From Octopus vulgaris (lineage: Eukaryota), in NCBI GenBank assembly GCA_951406725.2, contig OX597831.1, forward strand, positions 48,918,001 through 48,982,000: 64,000 nt of DNA. Direction: 5' to 3'. Below, one piece after another: positions 56,482 through 64,000 of the stretch. Made by a program: the position numbers and the translations under genes. The notes below the pieces were generated by a model. The model saw nothing but the letters and a program-made list of their open reading frames with translations, searched no databases and had not been told where the DNA came from. The stretch's first letter is position 1, and each line of letters begins with the position of its first letter.

Positions 56482-57384
56482 GGTGTGAGATTTGGTGTTG
56501 ATTCTAGCACACCACCGAAGACCACTCCCTCGAAAGTAAAACAAACGTGGTCTGTTGGTGGGATATAAGCAACAACAACAAGAAGCAAAAAAATGGTAAT
56601 TAAAATATTTTATCCCCCACCTTAATGTGTATGTGTGAGGAAAAACGTTTTCTAAGAGAAAAGTATACTGTTAAAACGAATTGTCTGTTACATACCACTT
56701 TTTTGAAATCACTGTGTATAAATGCCAGTAATGACCTCAGGCTCTAAAATATTTTGTATTATGAAGAGAAACAATCGAGGCCGGGCAGTGGGATTGAAAA
56801 AAACAATCATCCATTAAAAAAGAAGTTTTTATTGCGTAAATGTGTTTATGGAGATAAGAATATTGAAATACATCCATACATTCTTGAGTGAAAAAGAAAC
56901 GAAAAGGGTTGTCATAGGATGTGCTAGAAACAACAGCCAAATCTCCCTTAAATCACACACTTTTTTCCCTGAGAATATTTACAATTCCTTTTCCTTGTTT
57001 TACTGAAAAGGATCCTACCATAGTTTTATTTGCAAAAGAATTCACCAAAATTGGTCCGGGGTGTGATGGTGAGGTTGGTGGGAGAGTAAAAAAGAATAAA
57101 TTTTGAACACATATCTTCATAAAAAGATGACCTTCCCATTCTCGAAAAATATTGTTTACGCATATATTGGCGTTGTTATACTACGTGCTACCCGGAGTGT
57201 CCCTTAAGATTGCCATTAACCCACCCCTTACCCCACAATCTTCTTTACAAACTAAGACAGTAGATCCCTAAGTACTATCCCCGTAAAAGTGCCGTCTAAA
57301 CTGATCGCCCCATTGCCTCCTCCCCAACTACGCTACAGGCATTGATTGTAAAAGTCTTCCGTCTGTGGTTTGTTTTATAAAATA

Positions 57385-59560
57385 TTAGCAGAATTGCCCG
57401 GCGATGCTCGGGGCTGAATTGCTTGAAAGTACTGTTAATGATTGCACTGAATTATGATGATTATTCAGGCAAATATTGATATAAGTTTACAGCGAATGAA
57501 TGTATTTGTAAGTGTATAGAAAGCCGTGTAAAGGGGTTCCTACCCCCTCGTAGAATGGTATAAGAATTGAATGCGAGGTTGCCTTGAAAAGAGCCATGTT
57601 ATTGTTCTCATAATTGTAAGAAATTGATAGTCGTGGAAGGCGGTGTAAAACGTTCGCAGGTGAATAGGGTCTCTTCGTTTTCCACGAACGGCAGCGGATG
57701 TGCTGTTACAAAACTTCATGCTGTGTTAAAAGAGAATGGATGCCCTATGTAGACAAGAGGGGAATGAAGCATGGGTAAGTAAATATGGGTAATTTATAAA
57801 ATATAGAACAATAGCATCTACTCACCATATGTCAGACCGGCAAGACTGTAGTGGTGCTGAATAGATGAATCACAACACAGTGGTGGAGATGTTTTCATTG
57901 ATGGGCGTTATGATTAAATTTGTTGTTGTATAAAATGATCTGTTGCTTAGTTTCCAAAGAGTATGTTGCGATCGTGTTGTCGCTTATGTAAACTTTAACA
58001 GTGAGATTGTAGATGTAGGGGGTAGATGTGTCATGTACGTTGGATATAGAAGATGAGGCTGGTGGTTTGATGATGAATGGATAGAAATAGAGGTGAGCGA
58101 AGGACAGGTGTTGGTTAAGTGTGAATTAATGTCATGAAACGCCTAAAAATGTAAATGCCATCATAAAAGAGAGTCGTATGTAAGTGGAATACTAACGTGT
58201 TCGAAAATGATGAAACGTAGTAATCCTATAAAACCTCCTTGTGCACAATGTTTTTTGTTTTTCGTTGTGGAACGAATGCGAAAGCATCACTGTTGCTGCC
58301 GACACGCGAGAAGGCAACATAAAGCTGACTATGAGAGAAACATGGCTCTCCCAAATGTATTCCCGCCACAGACAGTGTTTGACCTTGCGCTTTGTTAATT
58401 GACATTGCAAAATATGGCCTTACTGGGAACTGGGACCTCCGAAATATGAAAGGTAGGTCTGCTCCTGATGGGAAAAGATGCATCCTAGGTATGAGCACAA
58501 CGTTGCCTCGACCGCACCCTGTGATAATGGTGACCCCTATCAGATTGGGAGATAAGGACTTAACGATCAAACGTGTGCCATTGCATTGTTTTGGGGGAAC
58601 CAAATTTCTAATGAGTATTATAGGGGCACCAACTTTAAGTTTGAGAATGTGTGGTGGTAGTCCGGGGGGCTCAAAGGAATTGAGTACCTCTATTGGATAG
58701 TTGATGACGTCCTCTGGGTCAGGAGTTGTATCGATAGACTTATATACATAGACATCCCCAGGAATGAGTTTTAGCATTTCATCATTAATATGGTGAACAG
58801 TTTTATTCCTCGGGGCCAGAATAGCCCTTTGGCCAATCCAATCCATATTCTGATAATTAGCTTGTAGATCTGGGAACACTGCATCTCTGAGATCAGAAGG
58901 CGTTTTAGCAATGGTACAAATGGAATCGATGGCAATATTACCATTTTCATCCCCTGGTATTTTGCCTTCGCCAAGTGCAAGGAGGGTGTGAGAAAATGCT
59001 GCTGATGTGATATTACGTCGCATATGAGCACGCATATTGGTGTGAAGTTTGAGAGTATTCACCAGTGGCCACAATGTGGATGACTTAAGACACGCACTTA
59101 CTGCATCAGCTCTAGTCCCTTTGGGAATAACGGGAAGTGTTTGTCGGAAGTCCCCTGAAAGAAGAAGTGTTATGCCTCCCATGGGAGCTGAAGAGTGTTT
59201 GATGTCTCTGAGAGATCTATCTAGTGCCTCAAGAGCACGTCTGTGGGCCATCGTGCATTCATCCCAAACGATAAGCTTGCATCGTCTGAAGACTTCTGCC
59301 TGATCGGAGCTGTTACTGATGTTGCAAATTGGTGTCTCAGTCTTCGCTAAGTCAAGCGAGAGCTTGAAAGTGGAGTGAGCTGTCCTGCCGCCTGGCAACA
59401 AAGTAGCCGCAATTCCAGATGATTCCACAGCTAGGGCAATGCCAGAGCAGTTGAGCTTGGCGCTGAACGGGACAATGTTTTTGAGATTCCGGTTCGAATG
59501 TAAGGCAGGTTTGAAAGTGTTCCCAACAGTTATTAGTTGTAGTGGTAGAGTGTTTATGCC
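57385..59560 (-). mobile_element. Defective Helitron with helicase coding region and 3' terminus
   Basis: 3' hairpin CCCGAGCATCGCCGGG plus terminal CTAA (variant of CTAG) at 57385; PIF1 ORF inside. A Helitron-type 5' end (TCTCTTATGATAAAAGG) at 60767 may belong to it. Confidence 0.85.
58226..59465 (-). pseudogene. Helitron RepHel PIF1-family helicase, 5'-truncated
   Basis: Motifs SSGIAATLLPGGRTAHSTFKL, IVWDECTM, LLSGDFRQTLPV, LHTNMR, RAILAPRN, LKLKVGAPIILIRN, CNGTRL, QFPV..FAMSINKAQGQTL, QLYVAFSRV, TKNIVHKEVL. Walker A and Rep domain are absent; the ORF N-terminus runs into SINE and microsatellite. Confidence 0.93.
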
Positions 59561-59614
59561 GAATATGTACGTATGCATGTATATATATATGTATGTATGC
59601 CTGTATATATGTAC

Positions 59615-59748
59615 AAAATCCACTGAGAAGGCTTTTGTTGGTCTGAAGCTACAGCAGAAGACACATGCCAAGTCACCACACAGTGGGACTGAACCCAGGA
59701 CCATGTGTTTGGAACGTAGTTTGTTACCACACAGCCACACCTGCCCCT
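59615..59748 (-). mobile_element. SINE family B head
   Basis: GGCAGGTGTGGCTGTGTGGTAA...GGTTCAGTCCCACTG on the minus strand. Confidence 0.75.
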
Positions 59749-61444
59749 ATGTATGTGTGTGTGTGTGTGTGCGTATGTGTATATGGGTAGATATATTATG
59801 CATGTATATTTGTGTACATATTACATGTACATCTATATATATACATCTACACGTAAAATACAAAATACAAAGTTATATCTTGATATCGCTAGTGATAACA
59901 ATACTCAAAATATATAACAGACTGGAATTGTAGGCCCGTCTCTTGCAATTTCGATCAATTGGATCTTGTCCTCCCTCTTGTATAGAAGTGTACGGCTGCA
60001 GCGAAATTCATTTTAGGACTTTCTTCTATCGAAGGCATTTTAACAAAAATGCTTCCGTAAAGACGGTGAAAATATTGTCAATTTCCCCAAACAGGGACAC
60101 AATTCAATTTTTAAACAATACCCAAAGCCCCTTCTCCGAAAGGGGAGGGTTACGGTTTACAATTATTTAACAAATGCAACACAACAACGTTTCCCTGACG
60201 AGGAACCAACAAACGTGATTACAATAGTTAAACAGTAATAATAATAACAACAAACCTTTTAATTTATCCCTATTTATATGAAACCACTTATTCAAGTTCA
60301 AGTCATTGATGCAATTTTATACGAATTGCTAATACACACATAATAAGGGTGAAAAGTTGAATATTAATTTGATTAATATGAATTGAAAAGCAGTGGTGTA
60401 GCGTATACGACCATAGCGGATCTTCCTCTAGCAAAAAGGATGACCACTATTAATGGCTCATCCCTGTTATATAATACTTTCACTTTACTAGTTTCACACT
60501 TGCAAACAGAAAGTAGGAGAAAGTGTGGTGGTAATAGCAGGAGTAAACTACTTGAAATGAGAGAGGCAAATCGTAAAAAATTGAGTTTTCTCGAATTTTT
60601 GCTTAATTGGGGGTCAAATTGAAAAAAACCTTAACATGCCATGACCCAATCGAATCTACTTGGAAAAATCATAGGTAAATTCCAATTGAAGAAATTCTAT
60701 ATTGTAGAATTGTATTAAAAAGAAACATGGGAACAGGCAGAGAAAATTTGCCTTTTATCATAAGAGATTGTATTCAGTAGTAAAATGTTTATACTTCAAT
60801 AATGTTTTACTTGTTTTACATAATTGTTTCTTGAATGTATGTCTATATTTCAACGAAACACGATATTACTTATTCCGGGCAGTTTCCGGCCTGCATACAG
60901 AGAGGACATACAAAAACATGCGGGGACATAAAAACGAATGAAAAATGATAATGGAATGAATATAATTATGATGCAAGTGAGACGGCCGTCTCGCCCCCGC
61001 TGCGAGACGAACCGTGAATGTCTTTGCAATTCCTTTTTTTCTTCCCAACAAAAATAACATTTAAGTACTTGTTTGTACTATTAAACTTTACACTATCACA
61101 TTACAAACACAGTTTATGATTAAACTTTACAGTTAACTATACAAACACACTTTACAATTAATCTTAAAACTACCTCTAGTTTCGCTGCAAAGCGAAACCG
61201 TGATCATACCTTTCCTTTCCTGCCTTTAAATCAAACGTTCATTTACGTCCTTTTTTTTTTCTTTCAACAAAAATAACACCTGCCTTTAAATCAAACGTTC
61301 GTTTGTGTCCTTTTTTCCCCCACAAAATAACATTTTAAATACTTGTTTGTTCATCAATTCATTATTTCTTTTTTTTCCCCCCAATAATTTACAATGTTCA
61401 TGTACTTTCTTTTAATTGTAGTTCTTTCCACAATTTTATATACT

Positions 61445-61859
61445 CTTTTTTACTCTTTTACTTGTTTCAGTCATTTGACTGCGGCCATGCTGGAGCACCG
61501 CCTTTTAGTCGAGCAAATCGACCCCGGGACTTATTCTTTGTAAGCCCAGTACTTATTCTATCGGTCTCTTTTGCCGAACCGCTAAGTGACGGGGACGTAA
61601 ACACACCAGCATCTGTTGTCAAGCAATGCTAGGGAGACAAACACAGACACACAAACACACACACATATACATATATATATATATATATACATATATACGA
61701 CAGGCTTCTTTCAGTTTCCGTCTACCAAATCCACTCACAAGGCATTGGTCGGCCCGGGGCTATAGTAGAAGACACTTGCCCAAGATGCCACGCAGTGGGA
61801 CTGAACTCGGAACCATGTGGTTGGTTAGCAAGCTGCTTACCACACAGCCACTCCTGCGC
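61445..61859 (-). mobile_element. SINE family B, intact, with ~87-bp flanking direct repeat
   Basis: Head GCGCAGGAGTGGCTGTGTGGTAAG, B box GAGTTCAGTCC, tail (AGTAAAAG)n; flanks 61357-61444 and 61861-61947 are duplicated. Confidence 0.92.
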
Positions 61860-62440
61860 TATTCATTATTTCTTTTTTTTCCCCCAATAATTTACAATGT
61901 TCATGTACTTTCTTTTAATTGTAGTTCTTTCCACAATTTTATATACTTTTCTTTAACCTATCTCACTCTGTTTTACTTCTTGTTTTGGTTTCCCTCGCAA
62001 TTTCTTCTTTTTACCGTTTCCATGCTGTTCCAATCCAACTTTCCGCTGTGGTCCTTTCATCTGTATGCTTTCACACTCTTGCCTGTCTGTGCATTCTTCC
62101 GACTGCACTTTCTCATCCTCTCTCTCTGTGTCTTTTTCATGCGTCTCTAGGCATTTTCGTTCAGCCTCCTCGTCGCTTTGGAATTCCACCTCTGTTACAG
62201 GTATCTCTGTTGATGGTTCCTCAACATATTCCGTTCTTTGTTGCATTTCCTCTTCCATTCCTTTACTCCTCTTTATTTCTGCTGTTGTTGGAGACTTCTT
62301 TCTTTCTCTTTTCCTGCTTTTTGTCTCTACTTGTTTTTCTTTATGTGTCATAAAAGGTATTTCTGCATATCTTAAATACTCCTCCCCCAGACACTTTTTT
62401 CATTTTATTTGATTTACCCCCACCACTGCTTGACAACCGA

Positions 62441-63660
62441 CGCTGGTTAGTTTTCATCTTTGTAAAAAATAGAAACCATTGTGTGTAATTTGAGGAAGAT
62501 TTCGTTGTTATATCTAGCATGCCTAACGATCATGTAAGGTGCTCTTTTTTGTTGGTTCGTTTTGTAGTAGTAAATGTATTACCGTAAATATTTTTATCGG
62601 TAAACTTACAAATAAAACTGGAATTATCTCCCTTGTCCATTTGCCGTTACTGTTAGATAAAACGAGGCTATAATTTCTAAATTTTATAATATTTCAAGAA
62701 ATTAAAGCATTATCTTACTAAACCATTGAATTAGAAATAATGAGTTGTAGTAGTTGAGTTCTAATATATATAATGAAAATTGATGAAAAATTAATATTTC
62801 AAGGTAATATTAGAGGCAATATCAGTGAAGTTACAATGCAAATATCGTTTATATGAGATTTGTGAACGCCGAAAAAATATACTTACCTGGTACAGGAGTA
62901 AACCATGATCATCTAGGTGGTTCTCCCAAAGTGAGGCCCTTCCATTGCACTCCGGTTGGGTTGACCTTTGCGATCGCCCCAAATGTGGGCGACTCGGGTG
63001 CGCTATTTCTAAGTGTGGGGTCTGCGTTCGCGCTCACCCCGTCATATAATCGAAAAATAGACAGTCCGACAACAGAAGTTGGAATTTCACCTTTTGACAG
63101 GGATCTTCCAGGTTCTTTCTTTTTTCATTTGTCTTTCAAATTATGAAGAACATTTTGGCTGGGTTTTGTCAACTTATTTTCTCCGAAGCACACGCGGATA
63201 GTGGTAAAAATCGATTTTCAGCCTTAACTTTTACCAATTTCCACGTGAGTTAAGGCGAGAAACAAAAGCAAAAAGTAAATTTTTAGATTAACACTCGCTC
63301 GATTTTCACCAAGAAAAAGCTCGGAATATATTTTGTTTTTTCAACCATAACTTTTAGCAATTTTGATGTATTTTGTTCAAACTCGATGCCGGTATTACTT
63401 AGGACTCATGGGATCTTTGATTGCTTTAAGTTCTTCGAAAAAAATTCGATAAACCGATTCCTTATGGGATTTCCCAATCAAATTGTCTGAAACCCATTTT
63501 CAGCCAAACGTTCACGAATTTCAACGGATTTCGCTCAAATTTGACGTCAGTGTTACTTAGTTTGGCTTGAAACAAAGTGCTTGAATAGCTTAATAATCCT
63601 AACTTAATCCCCGGCAACGCCGGGCTATACTGCTACTGTGCGTGTATTTTTAGTGGAAAA
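62441..63660 (+). repeat. Segmental duplication carrying U1, copy B
   Basis: Colinear with 54965-56481; U1 offset is 7480 bp. Confidence 0.92.
62879..63042 (+). ncRNA. RNU1: U1 spliceosomal snRNA (type 2 variant)
   Basis: Identical to copy 2 except C13T, which leaves a G-U pair in the closing helix. Confidence 0.97.
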
Positions 63661-63699
63661 GCAAATAGCAAGGCCATTTTTAGTGGAAAATCAAATAGC

Positions 63700-64000
63700 A
63701 AGGCCATGTAGGGGGACATGGAGTTAAGTACAGGGTGGTGTTCATGTAAAGAGTTCAGGCCACTTGAGGTCAAGGGAGGCTTTGAACAAAGCGGTCGTCG
63801 GCATCTTCACCATCTCGTCTGGCAGCTTGTTCCACGGATCCGCAACCCGGACGGAGAAAGCTCCTCTCCTTCGATTGAGATAAAATCGTCGCAAGAGCTT
63901 TTCGGAATGACCCCGCAGCCGACGCTCTGGAGCAGGAGTGAAGAACAGCTCTTTCGAGAGGTTACACTTTCCGCTTATGATATTGTGGGTGAGAATGAGA
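63700..64000 (-). mobile_element. CR1-like LINE ORF2 C-terminus and 3' UTR (runs off the window)
   Basis: LILTHNIISGKCNLSKELFFTPAPERRLRGHSEKL...FSVRVADPWNKLPDEMV......FKASLD. Confidence 0.85.

Noticed and set aside
59466-59740. N-terminal part of the 504-aa ORF
   Set aside because: It reads through a SINE head and a microsatellite, so it is not a genuine start; the helicase lacks Walker A and is not a host PIF1 gene.
61953-62351. 132-aa Glu/Lys-rich ORF as a host gene
   Set aside because: Low complexity with no splice or domain support; more likely a retroelement fragment.

Overview
AT-rich, repeat-dense eukaryotic (metazoan) DNA. The tRNA-SINE families and the very high load of (TA)n/(CA)n/(TACA)n/(AAT)n microsatellites resemble a cephalopod (Octopus-like) genome; that assignment is inference. 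Almost all listed ORFs are microsatellite or SINE artefacts. The clearest genes are three 164-nt U1 snRNA genes on the + strand (51167, 55399, 62879). They fall into two types that differ in the U1-70K-binding loop, all share a non-canonical Sm site (CTATTTCTAAG), and all have positionally conserved upstream and 3'-box motifs. Copies 2 and 3 lie in a recent ~1.2-1.5 kb duplication that ends near a Helitron 3' terminus and brackets a decayed Helitron PIF1-helicase element. The rest is nested transposon debris: RTE, CR1-like, Tx1/L1-like and Penelope fragments (with decayed minimal hammerheads), MITEs, a head-to-tail Helitron dimer, a 4x SINE concatemer inside one TSD, and a SINE with an ~87-bp TSD. 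No intact host protein-coding gene can be supported; only weak candidate exons were seen.
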